This document shows, piece after piece, positions 37,283-49,311 of a stretch of DNA of 64,000 nt (its first letter is position 1; the number at the start of each line of letters is the position of its first letter). This DNA is from Callorhinchus milii. Lineage: Eukaryota. Where the stretch lies: the NCBI RefSeq assembly GCF_018977255.1, contig NW_024704742.1:23810001-23874000 (forward strand). Direction: 5' to 3'. Under the pieces are notes generated by a model. That model was given only the letters and a program-made list of their open reading frames with translations. It did not search any database and was not told the origin of the DNA. Position numbers and translations under genes: made by a program.

Positions 37283-39516
37283 ATTGCATTGGGTTTCATT
37301 TTCAATCTCATTTAGCATTTTGTGTTTCTCTAAAAGGTCCCCTCTGAGACATTTCATCTCTTTTCAAGGCTGAACTGATCTACCTTATCTAGCATCTTCT
37401 CATACCTTGTCCCTCTTGACACTGAGAATCATCCTCATTGCTCTCGTCTGCAATGCCTCATGCATCTGAACCCAATGTTGAATGAACAAATTAACATGCA
37501 GAATTGAAATTGTACTATTGCTGAGTGATCATGGAATAATGCCTTTACGTTGCCCAGTAATATCCTGTTTAGAAAGACTGGAATTTAATTAACCGTGAGA
37601 AATTACCTACCTTGTTTCCATTGCCAATATAAATAACTCAACTCAAGTATTTATGAATTAGATTCCCCGGAAAAGATCCATCTGAAGAACTGCTTTTAAC
37701 ACTGCATTAAATTGGAGGTGTGTTCACTGTCGGAGGTTATTGCTGGATAATTAGTTAACACGTTTCTGTTATTCCTGAGCTCTTGTTATCAGATTGCTCA
37801 GCTACTCAAAAGGCTAAATCATAATGGTTTCTTGATCCCAAATAATCCTCATCTACTAATTTGTATCACCTTTGCTACACTTACTGGCTGTATTGATGAA
37901 GTACCTCAGGGGAGGTGTCATGGTGGAGGCGGGTGATATTTCATGGTGAGGGAAAGCTGAGTGGGTTTAGAGTTCAGATGTAGTGTTTAAAGGACAGTTG
38001 GGAATCAACCAAGACACTAAGGTTCTGCAATGGCTCTGCGAGATGGAGTGTGCATCCATACAGGTTGATGCTGTCAGCATCAGGATGAGTGAGTGTGATG
38101 TAGGATTAGTTCCTGACCCAAGCTTCCGTATGGGATAGTTCATGTCCAGATACAGTTAGGATAATAGCAATTATAACAGCAATACAATACAATTTACTCT
38201 TTTGCAATTTTCACATTGGGAAGGTGTCTCAAAGTGCTTTACACAGCTGACTCGGCATATGAGGTGGTGGTGGTGGGGGTGGGGGAAGAGGAGCTGACGA
38301 GGCTGGGGAGGGAAGCAGGAAGATGACTGATGACCTCCTGACGTTAAAGGCACTATACAAATGCAATCTTGTTGTTGTTGTTGATACTGTGCAGTCAAAG
38401 GGATAAGACAGGCTTTAAAAGTAAGGATAGAAGGGGTGAGTCGGAAGCACTGAGTGGTGAGGAACCCCAGATTGTTTGGGGGTGTAGTGCAATAACTTGC
38501 ACTTAAAACACATTTTAACATTTAAAATGGAGATGATATATTTCTAAATGCCACACTTTTGACACCATAATGATTAAAATGCAAATGCAAGCATTATTAA
38601 TATGCAAGATGAATGTACATCTTAAAAAAAAGGAATCTGAACAATCAATCCCTAGGATTGATGAATAGAATTTGGAGTTCAACTTCAGAGTCTCTGAATG
38701 AAAACTTTAGGAGTTTGCTGAGACAGGCAAAAAATGGGCCCAACCGATGGGGATTACAAAGGAAGTCAAAAATAAGACGAAAAACATTCTTCTGATAACA
38801 GTCATAAAGGTCAGCTAGACGGAAACTAATACGACAGCAAAATGATATTGAATTAATATCTTCCGTGAAAATTAACAAATACAACAGCACCAGCTTGCCA
38901 CGTAATTCCTCTTGCGCAGCCAGTGTCCTGAGTGAGTGTGGCAGAAGGTGCTCGGTAAGTTAAAGGCACTTGAAACCAACAAAGGTTCAGGGTCAGATGG
39001 CAAAATGCAGCTGCTGATGGAGAATGTGGAGGATTTCTGTAGGGCAATTTCTGTTGTCAGAAAGAATTCATTGGATTCAAAATGTGATATTCGTAAACCC
39101 AAATGACATGAGCCAAACAGTCCCTGAGTAAAGATTTGTGTGGCAAACTGTTAATACATTGACATATTGACCATCTCAGTCCTATCCTTAAAAAACTCTT
39201 CCTGGACCCATCACTTGATCTATCCCTTCTCACAATTTACCGCCTCATCTCCAACTTTCCTTTCCAAGGTCCTGGAACAAGTCTTTGCTTTCTGGAAAAA
39301 TAGAGAACCCAGCCTAAAATTGTGCTTTTCATGTGTTGTATGAATTAAGATGTAAAACAGGTAATTGCTGTCAGGGGTAAAACATGTGATCTTGAAGATC
39401 CAAAATGATTATGGGGGGAGAGAGAGAGGGAAGAAGATTGTGGGCCTAGAATGAAGTTAAAACCTTTTCAAGTTTGAAGGGGAAACCTCTTTACAGATGA
39501 GGGGGAGCGGATTCCG

Positions 39517-40017
39517 AGCTCAACAATTACCATCCTCGCTCGCCTCCACTGGCTCCCCAACCCCCAGAGGATCGAATTCAAGATCCTCATCCACACCTAC
39601 AAGGCCATTCACGGCCTTGCTCCCTCCTACCTCTCTGACCTACTATCGCCCTACCTACCTGCCCGTACCCTCCGTTCCTCTGGCTCCGGTCTGCTCCACA
39701 TCCCCCGCCCCAACCGTCCTACCATCAGTGGCCGGGCCTTCAGCCTCTCAGCCCCTAGGCTCTGGAACTCTATCCCCCAGGGCCTTCGCCGCCTCCTCCC
39801 TTTCCTCCTTCAAGGCCGGTCTCAAGACCTTTCTCTTTGACTGTGCCTTCAGCTCCCCTCTCGACTCTCTACCCCTTCCTCGCTCCCTCCCTTCCCTCCC
39901 CTCACCCTGACCATTCCCCCCTGCTCGGGTCCTGACCCAACTGTACAGCGCCTTGGGACGTCCTCCCGACGTGAAAGGCGCTCTATAAATGGAATCTTGT
40001 TGTTGTTGTTGTTGTTG
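39517..40017 (+). mobile_element. L2 LINE 3' end
   Basis: LHWLP..RIEFKIL segment and tail cagcgccttgggacgtcctcccgacgtgaaaggcgc followed by (TTG)n. Confidence 0.85.
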
Positions 40018-40815
40018 TGAAAGGTGCTGTGCCAAATGCAAGGATTATTATTATATAATATAACCATTTCAATAATCCTTTCATTTCAGACTGCGTTGCA
40101 ATGGAAACCACTATTTATAAGGCACGAAACTGCAAAGGACAGTTATTTGCTTTGCACAAAGCTTAACAATTAATATAATAAAACATTAAACTAAGTACAC
40201 AATGAAAGACTTTCATAAGTTGCAAGGTCTTGTCTAACGCAATAGAACTGGGTTTTCTACTGTCCCCCTCTTGGTATTTTAAAAATATTTATTCCCCTAC
40301 AAGGTAGTAATTTGAGACAATTAATCTTAACAAAGGAACGAGATATACCTCCAAGTGTCAATAAAGAGGGGGAGGGAAAGAGTGTGTGAGGCCACAAAGG
40401 ATGAAAAGGCAGTAGGGAAGTTGAAAAGTCACCAGGAAGGAACAAGTGACTGAGAATGAAGCCTGCTGGGTGTTAGTGTGTAAAATGAGAAGGCTGTTCT
40501 TCTGTTCCGCTTGTGGAAAACTGGAGAGTAACTTGGCAGTGCTGAATTTGATGAGTGGATGTTTCTAACCAAAGTGGGTTTGTGTGTAATACGTGAATAG
40601 CTGGTTAGAGCTGGAGTCGGGCCTTCCTTTGAATAGATGTACTTATTGTAAGTGAGCAGCAGTGAGGACAGCAGAAGGTAAAGAACGCTGACGATACTTG
40701 CAGCTGTCACCTGCTGTGCCCAAAGCCAGACTCAAGATGGCCTCAAACTGTGGGTGTTTACAACTCGTGCCCAACTCCTTGCAGGATGCCTCCATTGCTT
40801 CTTATTTTTCTGCAG

Positions 40816-40932
40816 GTTTGTTAGGCAGGCATACAGAATCGTGAAGCCATTCCTAAAGGATGAATGAGGTGATACAGTCTGAGGCTACATTACAGAAAAT
40901 AAAACCAGGATAATGGCAACTTCTAGACAGAC
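40816..40932 (+). other. Candidate non-coding 5'UTR exon (3' boundary uncertain)
   Basis: Good acceptor ttcttatttttctgcag|. Donor is weak or ambiguous (|gtgata at 40869 or |gttctg at 40933). Confidence 0.4.
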
Positions 40933-41833
40933 GTTCTGTGGATCATGGAAATGTTTAATTTTTTTTGTGTTCAAGTGGCAGCCCTCCGCGAATCAGATGT
41001 GAGAAGACTGAGTTTTAGAAAGTTATATTTAATATTCTAAATTTTAGAAAGTTATAGACACATTCTGGGGTCTCCAAGCCTTGACTCTTGTCAGCCTGTG
41101 CCTAATTCTGCCTAGAATTGGGTAAGCGGGGTGTGTCCTCTAGGGAGAGAGTGCGCATTCCATTCCAGACACAGGGAAATTGTGGAACTCTAACTGGTTA
41201 AGCATGGTGATGGGTTCCTGCATGTGTTGGACTGTTGGGATGAGGGCAGAATTAAGAACTGCTTTGGTTGGATAGCTTGCTGATAGTCAATGTAGGCACA
41301 CACATGAAGAATGGCCAATATCAGTCATTGTGTTCGGGATAGCACGTAACAATGGGATGAAAACATGACAGTCAAATGGGAGATTGTACCAATAATGGTG
41401 AATTGCCAGATGGTAAGGGCAGCTTTGGGGTATGGCTCATATCCATTGGGAACCGGGTGGACTCTGTCTCCAAATATATTCCCTGGCTGTCAGCAAGTAC
41501 TTTCATGCCATCAGTTTGCACTAGATTTAGTCCCTGGTCTAGAAGGTGAAAGTAGTAGTTTTAAACTTCAACACCACTCAGTCTTACAGAGCAATATGTG
41601 ATGGGCAATGAAATGGAGAGCCACAACACAAGAACAGCACTGCATACAACTAAATAAGTCTCTTGTTTGATGAAATATGTTTTTATTCTCCTCCCTCTCA
41701 GGTTTCTGGAGGTCATAAACTAGAGTCGTCCTCTACAGCATGTGTTTTGTAAATGTGGGATAGCAGAAAAAGCCTGAATGTAAACTGCTGACAGACCCAC
41801 CGATATGGTCTAGGAACTGACCTAGTGAACAAC

Positions 41834-41938
41834 ATGATTTCATCCACTGCCGTGGGTAAAGAGAATCGACAGGCCCCGAGGTTGTTTGGGGCAGATCCTG
41901 AAACTTGCACCATTGTGTTTAAGAACCACTGGGCTCAG
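41834..41938 (+). CDS. FHIP1A: FHIP1A coding exon 1 (MISSTAVGKENRQAPRLFGADPETCTIVFKNHWAQ); exon starts at 41702
   Basis: aacATG at 41834 with an in-frame TGA upstream at 41789; acceptor ctccctctcag|41702; donor CAG|gtgaga; 105 nt, phase 0. Confidence 0.92.
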
Positions 41939-41978
41939 GTGAGACTGTCTTTCTCACAGTGTGAAAAGGTGGAGATCA

Positions 41979-42655
41979 GCCAACACCACAACATAGCACC
42001 ACAACACAGCACCACATCCAACACTACAACACAACACAACACCACATCCAACACGACAACACAGCACAACATCCAAACCAAATGACTAATGCTGCTCATA
42101 CAGGGCACTGCTTTAATGTATATTCCTGTGCTATTGCTTTGGGGTACTAGTGCCGTGCAAACAGTCCTGGAGCATACTTCCCCTTAACTCATCCCACTCT
42201 ATCTCTGTGACTACCTGTAATCCTACTGGCATGGCTCAGGGGTGCTTCATAGCCCTGCCTATTCTGCCTCCCCACTTCCCCCCCATTAGTGAATGAGCCT
42301 TTTGTCACACTGCCCAGGATCTCGGAACTCCATCTGGGAATCCCTGCACATAGCCCCCTCCCTCCACGCCTTCAAAACCTGCCTTAAAACCTTCAACTGT
42401 GAATTTCAGCCACCTTTCAACCCCCTCCAGCTGCCTTCCCCCTCCCAGCAGTGTTGTTGGTGTTGGATGGGATGCTGTGTTGTTGATGTTGGATGTGGTG
42501 CTGTGTTGTTGGATGTGGTGCCGTGTTGTTGGTGTTGCATGTGGTGCTGTGTTGTGGTGTTGGATGTGGTGCTGGGTTGTTGGTGTTGGATGGGCTGCTG
42601 TGTTGTTGGTGTTGGATGTGATGCTGTGTCAGGTGGTGTGTGTTGGCGATGTGGC
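41979..42655. repeat. Inverted pair of minisatellite arrays (41979-42080 and 42447-42655)
   Basis: caacacagcaccacatccaaca on the left; its exact reverse complement at 42487-42508. Confidence 0.85.
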
Positions 42656-43875
42656 TCGGAGCCCTTGGTGACAGTAGTGCGGCTTGTTTATCACTGATAG
42701 CACCTGGGTAGGAAAGCAAATGAGGAGGAAGATTGTATTTGAAATTGGTTAAAGCTTTCATTCCCTTCCCACCCCATTTACTACCTTCCAATTAGTACGG
42801 TACAAAATGTTCAGAGAGCCCATTCTCTTATTAAATTTTCTTTCTGTTGCTGTTATGTTATTTTTTGTTAAAAACTGAGCTTCCTCCTTAAGGTGTGTGG
42901 ATCTTTTGTACCCTCATCTCCCTCCTCCCCCTCCCCAAAAGGTTGTAGATCTCTCCGATCCAACCTCAGGCAGGAATCGTCACAGGGATCTTTCTGCTCC
43001 CAGGGCTATCTCATTGTTGCTGTAACTATCTAACTCTAGAGGGTACAGGGTAACTCCCCCTGTTTCTTACTTCCTCCCTTTTTCCTCCCTTTGTGAAATA
43101 TTCTGTCTGTGCTCGGCTCCTCTCTACAGTGGCACAGTTTGGGGTGAAGAGAATGTTTGCTGTGAATGTGCCCTGTGTTCGAGTTTCAATATGTTGCAAT
43201 GTAACATTATCCTGAGAGGAACCACATATTTAGGACTCGGACTCAAATCTGCAGAAAGAATGTGACTTTTCTCTGTCTTCACCGAAAATTATTTGCTCCT
43301 TTACACCCAGCTGAGAACCTGGGTGTTTTTAAAAACTTAAATGAGCCCAGTTGTAAGCAGTAGGGATGTGGTGTGACTGTGTGTCATGTGTGAGGTTTGA
43401 TTCCACACCCAGCTTTGCTCACAAGCTTTAAATGATCACTGCACCTCATGAAGTAGAATTACCGGGGAGCATTTAATGCTTAACTCTGAACAAAGTCTTT
43501 TGTTGTAGTTGAAGGGCACAACGTGACTGTACTTCTCCAATTGCTGAATGCAAGTTAGCTGCAATAAGTTTCTCCAAATGGCTTGTTCTTATTTTATCAA
43601 ATGTTGGATATAGTGGTTCCAGCTCCCCAATAATGTAGTGAATTGGGCATCCAGTGACTTGCCACTAAGCCTGCAGACCAGGAGGCCCTATATAAATGCT
43701 AAGTTGTTGTGGTATACCATATGTTCATGGTGCAACCGCGTATACAAGGACCCATGCTGTCCTGCAGCCAGTTATAACAGACCGAATGTGAATAATTATC
43801 TCTCCTTTGAAACCCATGGTGGCCTTTCCAGTCCTGCACATTCCTATGTTAACACAGAACGTTGTTTCTGCGCAG

Positions 43876-44499
43876 GTGCTGAAGATCTTGGAGAAGCATG
43901 ACCCGCTGAAGAACTCCAGCGCAAAACATGGCCTGATCCCCGCGGACGAAGCTAGCGCCGTCCAGAATTACGTGGAGCACATGATCTTCCTGCTGATCGA
44001 GGAGCAGACCCAAGATGCCGCCATGGGCCCCATCCTGGAGTTCGTGGTGACGGAGAACGTCATGGAGAAACTTTTCTTGTGGAGCCTGAGGAGGGAGTTC
44101 ACGGACGACATGAAGATCGAGCAGCTGAAGATGTACGAGATGCTGGTCACGCAGTCCCACCAGCCTCTGCTGCACCATAAACCAATCCTCAGGCCCCTCA
44201 TGATGATGCTGAGCGCCTGCTCTGGGACCACAACCTGCGATGTGGAGACGGAACTGGTCCTGCTCCTCAACCAGCTCTGCTCCATCCTGGCCAGGGACAC
44301 GTCCATCCTTGAGCTGTTTTTCCACACCAGCGAGGACCATGGAGCAGCAAACTTCCTCATCTTCTCCCTGCTGATTCCTTTCATTCACCGAGAGGGAATG
44401 GTGGGACAGCAGGCTCGGGACGCACTGCTTTTCATCATGTCCATGTCAGCAGAGACCGACGTGGCCAAACATATCGTGGAACAAACTTACTTCTGTCCG
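43876..44499 (+). CDS. FHIP1A: FHIP1A coding exon 2 (VLKILEKHDPLKN...EQTYFCP)
   Basis: tttctgcgcag| acceptor; CCG|gtgagt donor; 624 nt, phase 0/0; strong FHIP1A similarity (DEASAVQNYVEHM, KIEQLKMYEMLVTQSHQPLLHHKPIL). Confidence 0.97.
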
Positions 44500-44594
44500 G
44501 TGAGTGCTGAACTGTTTTGTTCTCATAATGACAGCTCCTCGCAATGAACAACAGCAACAGCATTAATAATAATAATTACATAAAGGGTTATGGA

Positions 44595-44737
44595 AAAATC
44601 TGGAACTCTCTCCCCCAAAAGGCTATGGATGCTGAGTCAATTGGAATTTTCAAGACTGAGGTCGATAGATGTTTGTTAGTTAAAGGTATTGAGGGATATG
44701 GAGAAAAGATGTGTAAATGGAGTTGAGGTACAGATCA
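44595..44737 (+). mobile_element. CR1 LINE 3' fragment
   Basis: IWNSLPQKAMDAESIGIFKTEVDRCLLVKGIEGYG, the typical CR1 ORF2 end. Confidence 0.8.
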
Positions 44738-45200
44738 ACAACAACATCAACAACTTGCATTTATACAGCACCACCCATGCCGGGTGGTGTCCCAGAGCGC
44801 TTAACAATGGCGGAGCCCGATGCCGAGCCAGCGGGAGGGGAAGATGACCATAGGCACAATTGAAGAGGAAGGTCTTCAGGCACATCCTGAAAGAGGGGAC
44901 AAAGGGGGCAAGGCAAGGGATTGAGGGAAGGAGTTCCATAGCTTCAGGGTGTAGTGGCTAAAGGCACGGGCACCGATAGTAGAGCGGAGGATTCGAGGTA
45001 GGAGGAGGAGGAGGCCAGAGCCAGCAGAGCTGAGGCAGGAGGTAGCGCTGTGAGTTGAGAGGAGGTTGGAGGGATAGGAGGGTGTTTTCCACGTCGGAAC
45101 AGGTTTGAGGGACTGAATGGTCTAACCTGTTTCTATATCCCTTAAGACCGGGTTTAAAGGTGGGGATGGAGGTGGTGGGGTGAGGTGGAGGGACTCGGGA
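44738..45200 (-). mobile_element. L2 LINE 3' end, abutting the CR1 3' end at 44595-44737
   Basis: Reverse-complement tail caacaacttgcatttatacagc…; homologous to 57405-57782. Confidence 0.75.
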
Positions 45201-45904
45201 TTGAATTTCAGAGAGAGGGGGAAAGCAACCCATGGTGCATAGTTCCTCATAGGTTCTTAGGCTTAAAACTTTAGTCTTAAAATTCAAGATTGTGCAAAAT
45301 TTTGAAAAATGTTTAAATTCTGCATTTAATTGGGAGCTCATTTTCTAACCCAAAAAGAGCTACAGGATTACACACCGGGTTACAAATTTAGACTAACTGG
45401 TCTTACAGTCTTAGACGAGGTGGAATTTTGGGCCTCTAATGTATAAAACGGGTCAGTTGTAGTTGAGGCAAATGTAATTCATCCACTCGAGAAATCACAA
45501 CTTGAAACTGTTTTCTTCACACAGAAGACATAGAATGCTGCACTCCAGGAAGCTATAGAAGGCAGGGAAAGGGCAGGGCACAAGGATTTAAAAGATCGGC
45601 CAAGATCAGCTAACAAACTGGTGGAACAGGCTTGATGGGCTCCTCCTTTTCCTGTGTTTCATAAGAAGCCCACAAGACCACTCAATCATGATCAATACTG
45701 TGGAAAGGCTTCTTACTGTCGCCCCTTCCCCACCCATTTTACGATGTTTTTTCTTGTAGAAGATACATGATGTATATGTGATTATACATCATGTATTTTC
45801 TATGTGATTGTGGGTAGTGTTCTGGGACCCTACCCAGCATGAAGTTGTAGTTGTAGTGATCAGTTTCCAGACACTTCAGTTGAAGGCCTACCTGCCTGAA
45901 TTTA

Positions 45905-46500
45905 GGGACATAATAACAGAGCAGCCTATTCAGCCTGTTTTGCCATTTTATTAGCTCTTGGCAGATCTTTTAATCCTTGTGCCTTGCCTTTTAGCCATAC
46001 CCCTTAATATCTCTATCACCCAAGAATCTGTCTGTCTGATCATGATGGACCATTTAATTCCGTTGGCAAACTGTGTGGTTTTAGCTGCTTAAACTCCAAC
46101 AATGCCCCAATATACACTCGGTCGTCCCCAAGCCTTGGCTCTCCAGAATTAAGGTGTACATTCCATTTCAAACAGGAAAATTTCCAAGAGAAGGTAGCAT
46201 ACATATGTGGAACTCTCAGTAGTCTGGTATGGAACCTCTTAAACTTGATGATGAGTTTCTCCATCTGTTAAACACCTGGCTCACAAAAAAAAAAAAAATC
46301 CCATTCTCCCACTTTTCTCTGTACCCCTTAATAACTTCACCTCCCAAATATCTGTTGATTTTCCTATTAAACATCGCCAATTCTCTCTGCCTGTACTGGT
46401 TTCTGGAGCAGCACATTCCATGTTTTGTGATGCAAATAAATCTTTTTTGATCTCACTTCTAACCATCTAATCGTGCATTGTTAGAACTTGTGCATTGTCG
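45905..46500 (-). mobile_element. Degraded CR1 3' fragments
   Basis: Minus-strand MFNRKINRYLGGEVIKGY and a CR1-type tail at 45905-46040. Confidence 0.5.
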
Positions 46501-48087
46501 GTGAATATTAAAATGTTTCAACATGGCTCCAAGGAAAGGGCCTCAGGTAAACAGCCACGGCCCAGGCATGACAGACATCTCTCAACCTAAGCATGGAGCA
46601 TTGCTCTCTGTTCTCACAGAATCCCTGGCTCACAGCGCCAGTAAACATAATGATTTGCTAAGAGCTTAAGCCTCTTTCAAAACTGCACCACAGTAGAGTT
46701 TAAAAAACCCACTGAATAGCTAGCAGTTCCTCAGAGTTGCAATAAATGACATCAATATTGCAGTAATAACAGATTTAATGCACTGTAACTGTATCAAATG
46801 GGTCTCGTATGTGAATTCACAATCGACCTATTTACATGGGTTTATCGAGCAGTTGTGACGTCCATCAGTACCAGTGCTTGCCTTTCTGACCGGCTTTAAT
46901 CCTAACCGCCGCAGTTAGGATTAATGACCAAGCTTTTATCCATTAAAGAAACTGCATGCTGGTTTACACAGTAATTCTCCTGCATCCAGCAGTGCATGGC
47001 AAATATCTACCAATCTCCGGTGACTTACACCTGCCTGACCTCTGCCTTGCGCCCAGTGCTCTCATTCTGTACCTCTACAGGCTACTGAACACTTGAAAAT
47101 GAGTGCATAAACCAAAGGTATTTCTTAAATTATAGTAATTTCATTGCCAAAGGAGCCCTTTGGGCTCATCAAGTCTGCACTGGCTCTCAGAGCAAGCTGT
47201 TCACATAAACTATGTGACCCTCTATGCACTATAGTAAGACTCTGAGTACATTTATGATAAGGGGGTGGGGATTCATGCACTAAAATATGATATTCAGCTA
47301 TAACAACTCTTCAGTGGTAACTGGTAACCCATCACACATATCTACATGAAGCTGATTGGGAACAAGATTGCATTGGAGTGGAGTTCCTGTATGATATACT
47401 TCCAGAAAAAAANCTCTATTTGCTACTCAGAGACGCTGGTTGCAAATCTGCTTCTATATTTAAATTTGTAGGTCGCACTTACATTTCAAACTAAATTTTA
47501 TTCTGAATTGGGTCAAAGCAAGAAACAGTCGGAACTGCCTTGGTGGCAATGGAATCTGATACCTTATATTGCCAAACAAGGCAAGGCTAGAGAGGGTTAA
47601 AATAATTGGAGAACGTAATGACGACAGCAGTTTATTGTTACTTTACTTTCTGACCTTCAGTGATCTCTGAACACGAACACTGACATTCCTTTGTCCATCC
47701 ACCCCGCCTGATACTGTCCCATTCAGGAAGCATACCAGTTTTTCATTGTAAGAGCAAAGTGCACTACTTTACATTATGACACTTTAAACTCCATCTGACA
47801 TATTTCAGCCCACTCTTAGCCTATCTATATCCTGATGCAACTTTTTGCTTCCCTCCTCATCACGTTTTGCCTCCTTTTCCAGCAGACTTTCCTTTTCGAC
47901 TGCGCCTATGGTCACCTTCCCCCTCCCTCTGGCTCGACCTTGGGCTCCACCATTGTTAAGTGCTCTGAGATGTTGCCCGGCTTGGAGGACGCTATATAAG
48001 TGCAAGTTGTTGTAGCTTAATATCATTTGTGAACTTGTATATACAGCTGTCTCTACTTTGATCCAGGTTATTACATATACTCTGTAT

Positions 48088-48132
48088 GAGTGTGTGTGTG
48101 TAGATATATATATATATGTGTGTGTATATGTC

Positions 48133-48165
<33 letters not shown>
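48088..48165. repeat. (TG)n/(TA)n compound microsatellite
   Basis: Direct reading. Other microsatellites at 3260-3297, 3343-3403, 3722-3767 and 3966-4018. Confidence 0.9.
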
Positions 48166-48167
<2 letters not shown>

Positions 48168-48304
48168 TGGCCTCAGCACAGATTCTTGGGGAACCCACTT
48201 GTCACTGCCAATCAGAGAATGTGTAATTTACCCCAACTGTCTGCTTCCTGCCTCCAAACCAATTTCCTGTCCATATCAGATTGCTTTTTCAATTCCATGT
48301 GCCA

Positions 48305-48660
48305 TGATTTTATAATAATAACAATGATAATCATTGCATTTGGTAGAGTGTGATCATGTAACTGAGACATCTCAAAGTGCTTCACAGGATTTACGGTGAA
48401 ATGGAGTGACTGTGTATTTATAGACAAATGCATCAACACAATTATGCACAGCAATGTCCCACAAACAGCCATGAAATGAATGACCAATTTATTTTGGGGG
48501 ATTGTTGGCCAGGACACTGGAAGAAACTCCATTCTCTTTTTAAATAGCGCCACAGGGTCTTTAACGGGACGTCAGTTTAACATCTCATCCAAACGATGGC
48601 ACCTCCGACAATGCAACCCCCATCCCCCCAAGTGCTGCATTGTAGTGTCAGCTTAGGCTC
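48305..48660 (-). mobile_element. Deu-domain SINE
   Basis: ttggccaggacac…tttaacatctcatccaaacgatggcacctccgacaatgca. Similar minus copies at about 15015-15360, 24150-24425, 27985-28300, 29740-30070 and 52210-52500. Confidence 0.7.
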
Positions 48661-49152
48661 ACCAAGATCCACCCCATTTGATTTTCAAAGTATTCCCTCC
48701 CCTCCCTTCCCCACAGGAAGACGTCACAGGTGTGGTTCAGATTGGAAACTGAGGATCGTGGAATGAACCTCTCACTGTGACCTTCCCAATAACAAATTGC
48801 ATTTATACAGCTCCCCTCACACAGGATAGCGTTCCTGAGCGCTTACATTTTTCATGTCTTTAAATCCTTTAAGATCCAACGGGATTTCAAAGACATTCAC
48901 CTACAAATACAGAGTCATTACACTCTACAGCAAAGTCCCAAGCTATGCTCAAAAGCTCTGTCATGATCTAATAAACTAGTGGAACTGGCTGTATGGGCTG
49001 AATGGCCTCCTCCTCCTACTCCTGTGTTCAAATGAACTAATGATACTTGATCTCTGTTCCCTCACAGGGGAACTTCAATGGTATTTTTTTTTAATTTCAG
49101 TTTGTCAGATGTTTCTTTCTGTGTTGTGATCATATTGTTATCTGACTGCCAG

Positions 49153-49311
49153 GTGCTCGCAACTGGACTGAGCGGCCTCTACTCCTCACTGCCGACCAAA
49201 CTGGATGTGAAGTCTGAGGAGTGGCATTATCTGCAGCGGGAGGACTGGATCCAGGTTCCAGCTCTTGTGCAGTTTATGAACTCGCTGGAGTTCTGCAACG
49301 CAGTAATACAG
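49153..49311 (+). CDS. FHIP1A: FHIP1A coding exon 3 (VLATGLSGLYSSLPTKL...FCNAVIQ)
   Basis: tgccag| acceptor; CAG|gtatgc donor; 159 nt, phase 0; conserved FHIP-family motif. Confidence 0.96.

Noticed and set aside
41979..42655. CRISPR-like appearance of short repeated units (also 62205-62368 and 33678-33837)
   Set aside because: Degenerate tandem units without unique spacers, no cas genes, vertebrate context.
43849..44388. Antisense ORFs of 179 and 138 aa (also 60067-60504)
   Set aside because: Shadow frames of codon-biased FHIP1A exons.
47413..47413. Single ambiguous base n
   Set aside because: Assembly ambiguity next to an A run; not biological.
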